Under the pieces are notes generated by a model that was given only the letters and a program-made list of their open reading frames with translations, was not told the DNA's origin and ran no database searches. DNA of 64,000 nucleotides. Source: Eledone cirrhosa. Lineage: Eukaryota. Within the stretch, counting starts at the first letter, position 1, and every line of letters starts with the position of its first letter. Shown piece by piece: positions 16,935-28,469 of this stretch. A program made the position numbers and the translations under genes. The stretch is from the NCBI GenBank assembly GCA_964016885.1, contig OZ024747.1, positions 2,976,001 through 3,040,000 of the forward strand, read 5' to 3'.

Positions 16935-18217
16935 TCATCATCATCATCATCATCATCATATCATTTTACGTCTGCTTTTCCCTGCTTGCAAAGGTGGGAC
17001 ATGAACTGATTCTGGCTTGCTTTCTACAGCTGGATGCCCTTCCTCTTCCTAACACCAACCTCATTTACAGTGAGTGCTGGGTGCTTTTTTTCTGTGGCGC
17101 CTGCACGTCCACTTTACAGTGAGTGCTGGGTGCTTTTTTCTGTGGCGCCTGCACGTCCACTTTACAGTGAGTGCTGGGTGCTATTTTTCCGTGGCGCCTG
17201 CACGTCCACTTTACAGTGAGTGCTGGGTGCTATTTTTCCGTGGCGCCTGCACGTCCACTTTACAGTGTGGGCTGGGTGCTTTTTTGCCGTGGCACCTGCA
17301 CGTCCACTTTACAGTGTGGGCTGGGTGCTTTTTTCCGTGGCGCCTGCACGTCCACTTTACAGTGAGTGCTGGGTGCTTTTTTCCTTGGCGCCTGCACGTC
17401 CACTTTACAGTGAGTGCTGGGTGCTATTTTTCCGTGGCACCTGCACGTCCACTTTACAGTGAGTGCTGGGTGCTTTTTTGCCGTGGCACCTGCACGACCA
17501 CTTTACAGTGTGGGCTGGGTGCTTTTTTCCGTGGCGCCTGCACGTCCACTTTACAGTGAGTGCTGGGTGCTTTTTTGCCGTGGCACCTGCACGACCACTT
17601 TACAGTGTGGGCTGGGTGCTTTTTTCCGTGGCACCTGCACGTCCACTTTACAGTGAGTGCTGGGTGCTTTTTTGCCGTGGCACCTGCACGTCCACTTTAC
17701 AGTGTGGGCTGGGTGCTTTTTTCCGTGGCGCCTGCACGTCCACTTTACAGTGAGTGCTGGGTGCTTTATTCTGTGGCACCTGCACGTCCACTTTACAGTG
17801 TGGGCTGGGTGCTTTTTTCCGTGGCGCCTGCACGTCCACTTTACAGTGAGTGCTGGGTGCTTTTTTCCGTGGCGCCTGCACGTCCACTTTACAGTGAGTG
17901 CTGGGTGCTTTTTTCCGTGGCGCCTGCACGTCCACTTTACAGTGAGTGCTGGGTGCTTTTTTCCGTGGCGCCTGCACGACCACTTTACAGTGTGGGCTGG
18001 GTGCTTTATTTCTGTGGCGCCTGCACGTCCACTTTACAGTGTGGGCTGGGTGCTTTTTTCCGTGGCGCCTGCACGATCACTTTACAGTGTGGGCTGGGTG
18101 CTTTTTTGCCGTGGCACCTCCACGACCACCTTGCAGTGGAATGATAAGGACCCCATTCCTATCATCTAATTTCTACAGCTGAGTAAACTGGAGCAATGTG
18201 AAATAAAGTGTCTTGCT

Positions 18218-18220
<3 letters not shown>
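16935..18220 (-). mobile_element. tRNA-derived SINE (family A, RTE-type tail), 5'-truncated, carrying the internal array
   Basis: Both flanks match the 21925-22250 copy; (GAT)n tail on the minus strand. Confidence 0.8.
17064..18138. repeat. 48/49-bp GC-rich minisatellite (~22 copies) inside a SINE
   Basis: Unit tttacagtg(a/t)g(t/g)gctgggtgcttttttccgtggc(g/a)cctgcacgtccac. The flanks continue the SINE seen unexpanded at 21925-22250. Confidence 0.95.
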
Positions 18221-18269
<49 letters not shown>

Positions 18270-21200
18270 GTATATATTTAAATATATACATGCACATACA
18301 TGTGTTAATTGCAGAATTAGTTCAATAAGACAACAGTGTTACAGTGAACACAAACAGAAAATAGAAAATAGAGGACCAATTTCATTCGGGAGTGGCCTGC
18401 CAATTCAGTGTTATAGTAACAAAATGTATATATACTTGTGTATATATATACCTATATGTATATATACTTGCATATTAGTTGTTAAATTTGCAGAGTTGTT
18501 AGAGCATTAGATTATATTTTTTGTAGTATTTTTTCTGGAATTCTGTACTCTAAGTTCAAATTCTGCCATGGTTAGCTGTCTTCCATTCTTTTGGGGACAA
18601 TAAATAAGATTGCTTGGTGAGGGTGGGGGGTGGCAGAATTGTTAGAGAGTCAGATGAGATACTTTGCAATATCTGTTCTGGATCATTTTGTTCTATGTTC
18701 AAATTTGCCAGCATCTAAGGGGTAGGTATTGTTGTTAAACAGGGTAAATGATTAAGTACCCCTGTTCCCCTGCTCCTCAGATAAGCTACAGTGGAATTGA
18801 AAATCAGAACACAAAGAACTCAAATAAATAATCATCTCTAATTTAGGCACAAAGTCTGGAGAAAGGAAAGTTGATTTAATCAACTCTTGTCTTTTACTGG
18901 TATTTTATTTTATTGACCCAGAACGATGAAAGGCAAAGATGACCTCAGCAGGATTTGAACTTAAAGAACTGATCATCAAAACAAATATGGCAAAGTGTTT
19001 TGTCTTACCCTCTAATGTTTTAGCCAATTCAACACTGCAACATCTCAGTCAATTTCTCCATTGCTAATGTAGAGATATTATCAAAATAACCAGAATTTAA
19101 ACCATGCATCCCATATGTTTCTATGAAATGTAGGATGTTCTGAGAAAAACAAACATTACTATAATGGACTGGCTGAGTAAAAATATTGATTAGTCATTTT
19201 TTTCCTATTTTGTGTTTGGAATAACTTGATATACATTTGCTTAGCTTATGGGAGCAAAATATCTGCCATTTCAGAAACCATAAAGAAAGGTAGAAACAAA
19301 ATTTCACAGAAGCATAATCTCACAACTACAATGTGCATATTTAACAGTTATATGTTCTAAACAGTAGGGAAATGCAAAAATATCAAAAGTTTCTATTTAT
19401 GACACCTTAAAAATCTTGGAAATCACTCTGTTGTAAAACACAATCACTATCATGGACATTCACAACGAAAATTATGAATTTAAGCTGACAGTAATGCCAA
19501 GATATCTACAATCAAAATATTTATGTTCTCAGAAGAGTAACATAGTTCCTTCAGTGAATAAGTTGCTGAGTTTTCTGTCTTCATACAAGACTTAGATGAT
19601 GATGATGATGATGATGATAATAATAATTGTTTTTACTTTTGGCACAAGGCCAGCAATTATTCCAGTACATTACTGGTACTTTATTTTATCGACCCCGTAA
19701 GGATGAAAGGCAAAGTTAACCTCGGCAGGATTTGAACTCAAACTGTAGAGGGCCGTAACTCTATGCTGCAAAGCATGGTGTCTGACCCTCTAATCACCAT
19801 TAGGACAGGATGTTGCAAAAATCAGCCTTGCTGGGAACCACAACAATTCTAAGAAGGGTGTTGGATAGTTGAGGGAGAAGGAATGACCGAAAGGACTTTT
19901 GGCCATTGGCTATTATTATCACCATTTAATGTCCATTTTTCCATGCTAGCATGGGTTAGATGAGTTGTCCTGTTGTGTGAAATGCCAGGTCAGGTGACCA
20001 TGTCTTGTATATACAAAAATGGTTTAGGCTTGGTTTCTACTGCTAGATGCCCTTCCTAACGCCAACCTCATTTACAGTGTGGACTGGGCATTCTTTGTTA
20101 TGACACACAGCCATAACTACATGTCACAAAGCAGGTCTGATGCTCCGCCTACTCTGACAGTCCCTCATCAGCAAACTGAAAAATCTTAATATACATAATA
20201 TTAGTGCTGACACTGGTGTAATTCAATTAGATATTTTATTGTGAATTAAGCAGCTGAGATTCACAATAAATATATTTTGAGAAACGAACGTCTATTTTTT
20301 ACATATTTCTCTATGGACCTAAAAAGAATGAAATATCTAACTTGAGTTTCAAATTTAGTTGGAGTTCCCCTTAGAGACTGTGTATAGTTCTATCAGTCCA
20401 TAGAGAAACAAAACTAATGGCATTATGAAATACCCAAATATGGTAGTATCATTGAATTGGAAATCCTAATTTGCATAATATCAGTGCTTATGTCGATAGC
20501 TAATTCAATTAGTTATTAAATTGAACACGATTCAACTAAGATGCACATATCTTTTTTTCTGTGACATGTTAAAACAACATGTATATATCTTTACTGCAAC
20601 ATTCACAAGTACGCGCGCACAGAGGCATCATACACATACATGCGCACACATGCATCATCATCATCATCATCATCATCATTATCATCACCATTTAACGTCC
20701 ATTGTTTCCATGCTAGCATGGTCAATTGACTTTGTCTTGCTCATACAAAACTGATTTGGGGTTACTTTCTATGTCTGGATGCCCTTCCTAATTCCAACCA
20801 CATATATATGATTATAAATATATACGTATATATAAATATATATACATATATATATATGCATGCATAGTATCGGTAGAGGGTCGGACGCCATTTTTTGCAG
20901 CAAAGAGTTACGACCCTTTATGGTCTGAGTTCAAATCCCGCCAAGTTTAACTTTGCCTTTCATCCTTACGGGGTCGATAAAATAAAGTACCAGTAATGTA
21001 CTGGGTAATTGCTGGGCTTGTGCCAAAAGTAGAAACATATATATATATATATATATATATATGTCTATGTGCGTGTGAAAGAATGAGATAGTGTGTGTGT
21101 GAAGGTGATTTTACATATACAAAGATGGTGCAAGGGAGATGACTCATACCAATATAGTGTTAAATATTTAAAAACGAAATACTTTCTGTTATTATTGAGT

Positions 21201-21878
21201 GGATTAGCAAGAATTTGGTGTCATTCAAAAAGAAAGGAGTCCTGCTTAACTCGGAGTATAGGTTATATGTAGATATGAGGCAACAGCTCACCTGGTGAGA
21301 TACCTCGTTGTATCTACATCCCCCGAGTCACTTCCAGGGTTGGATTAGACCTTGGTGGTGGTGGTGCACTTTGGTGGGGCTCCTACTAAAAAAATTAGAT
21401 TACACAGCAAACCCCCCAATTTTACCTATCAAAGTTAGTTTGGTGCAAGTAATTGGAATTAAAAAGTTATACATACAGGTATTACATTAAAAAATTCTAA
21501 CCATCCTAAAGCTAAAAAGCCCAGCTGAGGGCACAAATAAATTGCCTCCATTAAATCTGGCCCAGGTCATTTCACCCTCTGGTAAGTATGGACATGGAAA
21601 ACGATTTTAATAGCATATAGTGACAACTATCATCATCATCATTTTACAAAAAGTGGACGTAAAATAATGATGATAGGTGTGACTCCATCTTAGTGTCTCT
21701 CCATCAGTAAATGTTTGTCTTGTCTGAGAACCATCATTACTAAGTCCATATATATATGTGTGTGTAAACTAAACGACTAATTCTGTTTTTTTTAAATTAA
21801 AATTAAGGGAGATAACCTAGAATAATTATCGATTTTCCACCCCGACACTATCATTTGGGATGCGAGCGTATATATATA

Positions 21879-21916
<38 letters not shown>

Positions 21917-21924
21917 TATATATA

Positions 21925-22250
21925 TCATCATTTCATTTTACGTCTGCTTTTCCCTGCTTGCAAGGGTGGGACGGGAACTGATGCTGGCTTGATTTCTACA
22001 GCTGGATGCCCTTCCTAACACCAACCTCATTTACAGTGAGTGCTGGGTGCTTTTTTGCCGTGGCACCTCCACGACCACTTTGCAGTGGAATGATGGGGAC
22101 CCCAGTCCCTATCATCTCATTTCTACAGCTGAGTAAACTGGAGCAATGTGAAATAAAGTGTCTTGCTCAAGGAAACAACACATCACCCGGTCTGAGAATT
22201 GAACTCACAACCTTTCGATTGCAAGGAAAATGCTCTAACCACTAAGCCAT
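21925..22250 (-). mobile_element. tRNA-derived SINE family A, near full length
   Basis: Minus strand reads TGGCTTAGTGG (A box), GAGTTCAATTC (B box), central ccttgagcaagacacttta...cagtttactcagctgtag, and a 3' tail shared with the RTE LINE at 26140-26300. Other copies at ~13990, 26770, 37640, 39055, 43826, 46551, 51885 and 54745. Confidence 0.85.
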
Positions 22251-22411
22251 ATATATATATATATATATATATTATTAGAAAGTGAGGTTTTTTTACAAAA
22301 TGAAAAATAACCGAGGTGTCCTACACGAGTGAAAGTATAGAGAAAAAAAGATGAAATCGAAAATGCAACTAGAGTCTTATTTAAGAAAAAAAATATATAT
22401 TTATTAGGTTC

Positions 22412-22447
22412 CTTTACCGGTTTCGCAGTTCTTCTGCTTTTCAAAAG
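22412..22447 (-). ncRNA. Minimal type I hammerhead ribozyme, U3-A8 core variant, apparently intact
   Basis: Minus strand: CUU UUGAAAA GCAG-AAGAA-CUGC GAAAC-CG-GUA AAG. Stem I CUU/AAG, stem II 4 bp, palindromic helix III ACCGGU, GUA cleavage triplet. Confidence 0.7.
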
Positions 22448-22541
22448 TAGAGTTGAGATGGAGGGTCTGTGGTTTTTCTCACAGAGAAAAACCACATATA
22501 TTTTTTTTTAAATAAGACTCCAGTTGCATTTTTGATTTCAT

Positions 22542-22608
<67 letters not shown>

Positions 22609-22756
22609 TAGAAGTGGTATTTAATTTGTTGGAAGTCCGACAAATATAAATGTTTATAACTGATTTAGAGCACTCAACAGTTTACTTGAGTAAATATTCA
22701 ATGATATTAAATAAATAGAAACTATATTTATAAAACCATATTTATTTTATTATATA

Positions 22757-24436
22757 CTAGCAGATTTACCCGGCGTTGCTCGGGGTTTGAAATTATGCTA
22801 AGAATATACAGCTAGGAAGTAAAAGAAAAACATTATTTGTCCCCAACCTGTCAAAATAAGCAGAAGTCTTCAATAATTAATGCAAACGAATATTTAGTGC
22901 AATCTTTGTACACATAAAACTATGTTGATAATGAAGGAAAACACTGATTAAAGATTAAAGACAATACACATTGCAAATCTGTAAAAAAAACAGGCAGTTT
23001 TGCTAAAGTACAAAAAGTTGTAATGAAAGCAGAGTTGTATACAAACAAAAAAACAATGAGAGTAGAATAAGAGAAAATCTATTCTTTGAGAGCATCCTTT
23101 GCTGTGTATGGTTAAATTTTGAACTTATAATCCAAAATATCCTGCATCACATATTCATTGGTATGTTTTGTAATGAGTAAGGTGAAGTCAAGGCAGAGCT
23201 GTAATAAGTTTTTTTGTTAACACTAAAGCACTTCAGGATAGACGATATTCTTTGTTTTTCTTTTCGGAACAAATGCAAAGAGATTATCTCGACTGCCAAC
23301 TCGTGAGCAGGCAACGTAGAATTGTCCGTGCGAAAAGCAAGGTTCATCCAAGTGAATTCCAATGACGGACAGAGTTTGACCTTGCGACTTGTTTATGGAC
23401 ATCGCAAAGGCAACACGAACGGGAAATTGGGTTCGGCGAAAGGAGAAGGGAGTATCCACGCCTGATGTAGTCAGGCTAATTTTTGTTATTATCACATCCT
23501 CGCCTTTTCCACACCCGGATAGAATGGTAGCGTCAATACTAAGTGGAGACAGTTTTTTAACCACAAGGCGTGTACCATTGCATAGTTTTGGAGGAGTGAT
23601 ATTTCTCAGCAAAATAACTGGCGTTCCCTCTTTCAGAACCAATGTATTAGGAGGTAAACCAGGAGGATTTAAAGAATTTAGAAATTCAACTGGATAGTTG
23701 ACCACATCCTGTGGATCACATACAGTATCAATAGATTTATATATCCGTGGACATCCAGGAAGAATCCTGTTCAGTATGTTCCTTCATTGTCAAAAATGTT
23801 TGATGTGTACGAATACAGCTGGAAGCATAGATAATGCCTGCCTCAAATGTAGACGAAATTACTTTAAAAATTTAAAAGCTGTAAGTCCCAATGATTTGAA
23901 TGGAAAGTCCCATAACAAAATAAACAAACCATCATCAAAATCTCGTCAATTCGAGACTGCTGCGAGATTAGGCCCTTAACGCGAAAATTAACACTTAATA
24001 TAGTGAAACAAGTTAAAACAACAAGTGTTTTTAACTTTGAAAGTGCAACAAAGAATAAACAAGAAACAAACGATAATATTAGTGATTTATCTTCAAATGA
24101 ATCTGATGTTTATATTTCTGAAATTTCGTCCGACGATGATTGATGTTTTAAAATTGAAAACGAAGGTCTCCATATCTCACTCTCTTTATAAGGATTGTCA
24201 ATAAAGTTGATTATCTCCCTTAGATCAATTTTGCTACCGATAATTTTGATATCGATTTTTTATTGCTCAACGTGGGTCGATTGGAAAATGTTTGTGATGT
24301 GACCATCTTAGCGACCTGTGTAACGTGCACAGAAAATTTGGTCGAATTCGGTTGGTAATTGTAAAAGCCTTAGGTATCCAAAGTTGTACACAGACACACA
24401 CACATCCTTGCTTTTATATATATAAAGATATAAAGA
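22757..24436 (-). mobile_element. Non-autonomous Helitron with both termini
   Basis: Minus strand: A|TCTTTATATCTTTATATATATAAAAG 5' end; 3' hairpin ACCCCGAGCAACGCCGGGT followed by CTAG|T. No TSD. Internal Pif1 helicase fragment; the empty site is visible in a paralog at 25312-25330. Confidence 0.92.
23223..23760 (-). pseudogene. Helitron Rep/Hel C-terminal Pif1-family helicase fragment
   Basis: YPVEFLNSLNPPGLPP, LLRNITPPKLCNGTRL, RTQFPVRVAFAMSINKSQGQTL, CFSHGQFYVACSRV, TKNIVYPEVL. Confidence 0.92.
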
Positions 24437-24456
24437 TATTTCAAAGTTTGTTTTAG

Positions 24457-24560
24457 AAATAGAGACATACCCATGAAAATCATACCTTATCGGTTGGAAA
24501 TTCACTGGACAGTGAATTTCCAGCCGATAAGGTATGATTTTCATGGGTATGTCTCTATTT
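24457..24560. repeat. Near-perfect hairpin (~50-bp arms); inverted paralog at 25172-25377
   Basis: aaatagagacatacccatgaaaatcatacc...ggtatgattttcatgggtatgtctctattt. Confidence 0.9.
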
Positions 24561-24621
24561 ATAGTTGTAAGTGTTGAAGGACATTTAATACTCAATTGAT
24601 GCATACACACACACACACACA

Positions 24622-24689
<68 letters not shown>

Positions 24690-25045
24690 GTTTACATATA
24701 CATTAAGTTATAGGTATATATGCTGCAACCGGTCACTTTTATGGTAGAGATATAATTACAGTATGTACACATTTCTTCTAAGTTTAATTTTAGACCTAAT
24801 TGTGCATGGTTGATGGTATATTTAGTCAGTTTCTACATGCTGTCGAAATGTTGGATAAATACTCTATTGGGGCCACCGCGAAGAGGCCACTTTCGGTTAT
24901 TTGTCGGAGATGTCTTCATAAGAGCCTTTCTTCTTATAGCTTGGTCTAATTGATTTTTTTATATGGTTAATTATGCTAATTAGAAGAGGAAATGTTATAT
25001 ATTTTATCTAATAATTCTAAGGACATGATTTATGATATATATATA

Positions 25046-25098
<53 letters not shown>

Positions 25099-25100
25099 AT

Positions 25101-25164
<64 letters not shown>

Positions 25165-25372
25165 TATATATAAAATCATACCTATCGGTTGGAAATTCAC
25201 TATCCAGTGAATTTCCAACCGATAGGTATGATTTTCATGGGTATGTCTCTATTTATAAAACAAACTTTGTATTTTGTCTAATGAAAGCGTACTAATGTTG
25301 CTTGGTTACCCTTGAAATATATATAATAAAATAAATATGGTTTTATAAATATAGTTTCCATTTATTTAATAT

Positions 25373-25423
<51 letters not shown>

Positions 25424-25450
25424 TATATATATATAATTATAATTATACTA

Positions 25451-26300
25451 TTGGCCGCTAAAGGGTTCTCTCTAAAAATGAAATGCAGGCTGTATGATGC
25501 CTGCATACGAACAGCAATGTTACATGGCAGTGAGACTTGGGCATTGTGTGCAGAGGATATACGCAGACTGGCGAGGAACGAAGCTTGCATGCTCCGTTGG
25601 ATGTGTAATAGTAATATACGTGAATGGCAAAGCATAAATGAACTATGGGAGAAATTAGGAATAAGAGGGATCAGATGTTGTTTACTCGAGAGAAGACTAC
25701 GTTGGTATGGTCACGTGATGCGCATGAAAGACGACAGTTGTATAAAAAAGTGCAGGGCAATAAAAATAGACGGTAGCCACAAAGTAGGCAGACCCAGAAA
25801 AACCTGGGATGACTTGATAAATTCCGACCTCACACACTTACACCTCTCCAAGACAATGTCACTGGACCGAGATCTTTGGCGCTACACAGTAATACAGAAG
25901 ACCCGCCTTGCCTAAGTACAAAGTGAAACCTACAGTCAGTAGGCACCTCTTAACAAAAATACACCCCCGTCCCACTACCCCACCCCATCTACACCACCCC
26001 TTTCGATGTAAAGTTATGTTGGTACCACAACATCCAGTCCGAAATAAATGAGGTCGTGTAGGTGTCACGACAAAAAAAACACACAGTCCACGCTGTAATG
26101 TGGCCGTGTAGGTAACACAGTAAAAACCTCCCAGTCCACACTGTAAACGTGGTTGGTGTTAGGAAGGGCATCCAGCCATAGAAAACCCGCCAGACAGTCC
26201 TATACGAGCAAGACAACCAATCTTGCCTCAAGTGGGAAAATTCCCGTCCAAACGCATGCAAGTGTGGAAGATGGACGTTATACGATGATGATGATGATGA
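25451..26300 (+). mobile_element. 5'-truncated RTE-clade LINE (C-terminal ORF, 3' UTR, (GAT)n tail)
   Basis: ORF 25451-25915 with MLHGSETW, RRLRWYGHVMR and GRPRKTW motifs; ends in gatgatgat; flanked by TA microsatellite. Confidence 0.9.
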
Positions 26301-26721
26301 TATATAATTATAATTATATATAATTATATATATATAATTATATATATATATATATATATCTATATATATATATATATATATTGTTATATTTGGGGAGGGT
26401 CATATTTGTGTAATAATATTGCCAGAATTAATAACAGAACACACTCACTGTTTGGTTGGTTTTCGCTTCTGTGTCTTTTATATCGGTTAATTTAATTTAT
26501 TCGGTCCTCAATGTTGCCATTGACTGACCAACGCTCAAAAATACAGATACAATATAGACACAAACACATATATATAGTCTATCAAAGTTCTTTCGTTGCA
26601 CATCTGCAACATCGTCAGTGTTGCTATTTATTTAGTCTGTTTATTTATTTATTTATTATTATTTTTTTTGGTCTTCTCTGCACATGCGTTTGCGTGTGAG
26701 TATAGTGTTTTGTTATATAAA

Positions 26722-26770
<49 letters not shown>

Positions 26771-27046
26771 TACATGGCTTAGTGGTTAGAGCATTGGCCT
26801 TGTGTAGAAATGAGATGATAGGGACTAGGGTCCCTATCATTCCACTGCAAAATGATCGTGGAGGTGCCACGGAAAAACACCAGCCAGCACTCACTGTAAA
26901 TGAGGTTGGTGTTAGGAAGGGTATCCAGCTGTAGAAATCAAGCCAGAATCAGTTCCCGCCCCACCCTTGCAAGCAGGGAAAAGCGGATGTAAAAATGATG
27001 ATGATATATATATATATATACACATACACACACACATATATATAAT

Positions 27047-27080
<34 letters not shown>

Positions 27081-27953
27081 CATCAATTGTGTATGAAATG
27101 TCCTTCCATACTTACAACGCATTGTAAAAATGGAAAATTAAATGTAACATATTTTAAATCACTCTTGAAAAAATATGCAAAATATGTTATTTGATAAAAA
27201 AGTTAATATTTTGAATAAATGTTTTATTTAAAACATTAATAAGCAACAAAGAGGATTGAGGGAAATTCCAGGTATATTTTTTATATTATGATATATCTAT
27301 GCACTACAACTCATCAAAGGTGCATGTGTATATAACCAAATATTCTTTGTTTAGTCTTTTACTGATAATGGTTGTTTGACTGCGGCCATGCTGGAGTATT
27401 TCCTTAATATTTGTTGATCATATTAAGACCAGTAATCATTTCTTCAAGTCTGGTTCCTATTTTGTTCATTTTTTGTTGTTGAACTTTTATGTGATGAATA
27501 TAAACCCAGGCTCAGATACAAACATAAAAGACTCATACACACACAAATGTTGGCTCTTTGTAACACGTTGAATCAGTTTAGCTGTATTCTGTGTGAGGGT
27601 ATTTATTGTAACATGTGTGTTTGTGTGTGCAATGGCTGCCTGTAATACTCATTTCTTTATTGATTTATACAATAAAAATACAACTTTATTGAGTTGTAGT
27701 GGATCAAATTTTTTGTATAGAATGGACTGTTTGAGCTTATAAACTGTATTTTGATCTGTGATCAAGTCACAGCTCCCTCAGTAAACATAAGAGAATACTA
27801 AACACTTGTGTTTCAGGAGTTTTATCCATCTTCAGTAATGAGGCAAAATAAGCTAAGAGCACCAATAAACCAAAGACATACTTGAAACTATGCATCAAGT
27901 GCTCCTTTTAGTGAACCAACAGTAACTTGATATTGCAATCCCTAAACTATATA

Positions 27954-28097
27954 CAGGGAAATTCCGGTATAACAAAATTCATTGTAACGAGATCGACCGA
28001 AACAAATGAAGCATTTGTTTGTTATTACTTCGGGGATTGAAAATATTTTGTTATACTGAAAAATTCATTGTAATTCGTTATAACAGAATTTTACCTG
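27954..28097. mobile_element. Tc1/pogo-type MITE
   Basis: TA|CAGGGAAATTCCGGTATAAC ... GTTATAACAGAATTTTACCTG|TA imperfect TIRs. Confidence 0.6.
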
Positions 28098-28469
28098 TAT
28101 ATATAGGTTTGGTCTGGGGGAAGGGACTGTACCTATTACTTTGCAGGCATTCCAGGGAGGGGGTGGGGTGGAATTGATGTGATTAATATTCCTCTTGAAT
28201 AATTGCAAGTTGACAACTGCAGGAAATGGTGGTGGTGGTGGTGGGGAGGTTAGAGATAGAGTATCTATGTTATTGAGCGGAAGGCCATAATTTAGGGGCT
28301 AGTGTAAGACCTGAGGGAAGGAAGAGACACAATTTCAGTGATACCAGGTGTGAAGAGTAAATGAGTGGAGGTAACAATATAATAGCTGCAAATATGTTTA
28401 AAATGGTTGAGAAAGGTGACACTACTAGTCCAAAGGTAGGAGTCTTGTTTTCTGACTTCATGGACATGC

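Noticed and set aside
17034-18182. Repetitive ORFs (WRLHVHFTVSAGCFF...)
   Set aside because: They are open frames of the 48/49-bp minisatellite.
24815-24925. Possible hammerheads on the minus strand here, at 2790-2855 and at 57185-57250
   Set aside because: The core and helix III deviate at several invariant positions and cannot be distinguished from chance.
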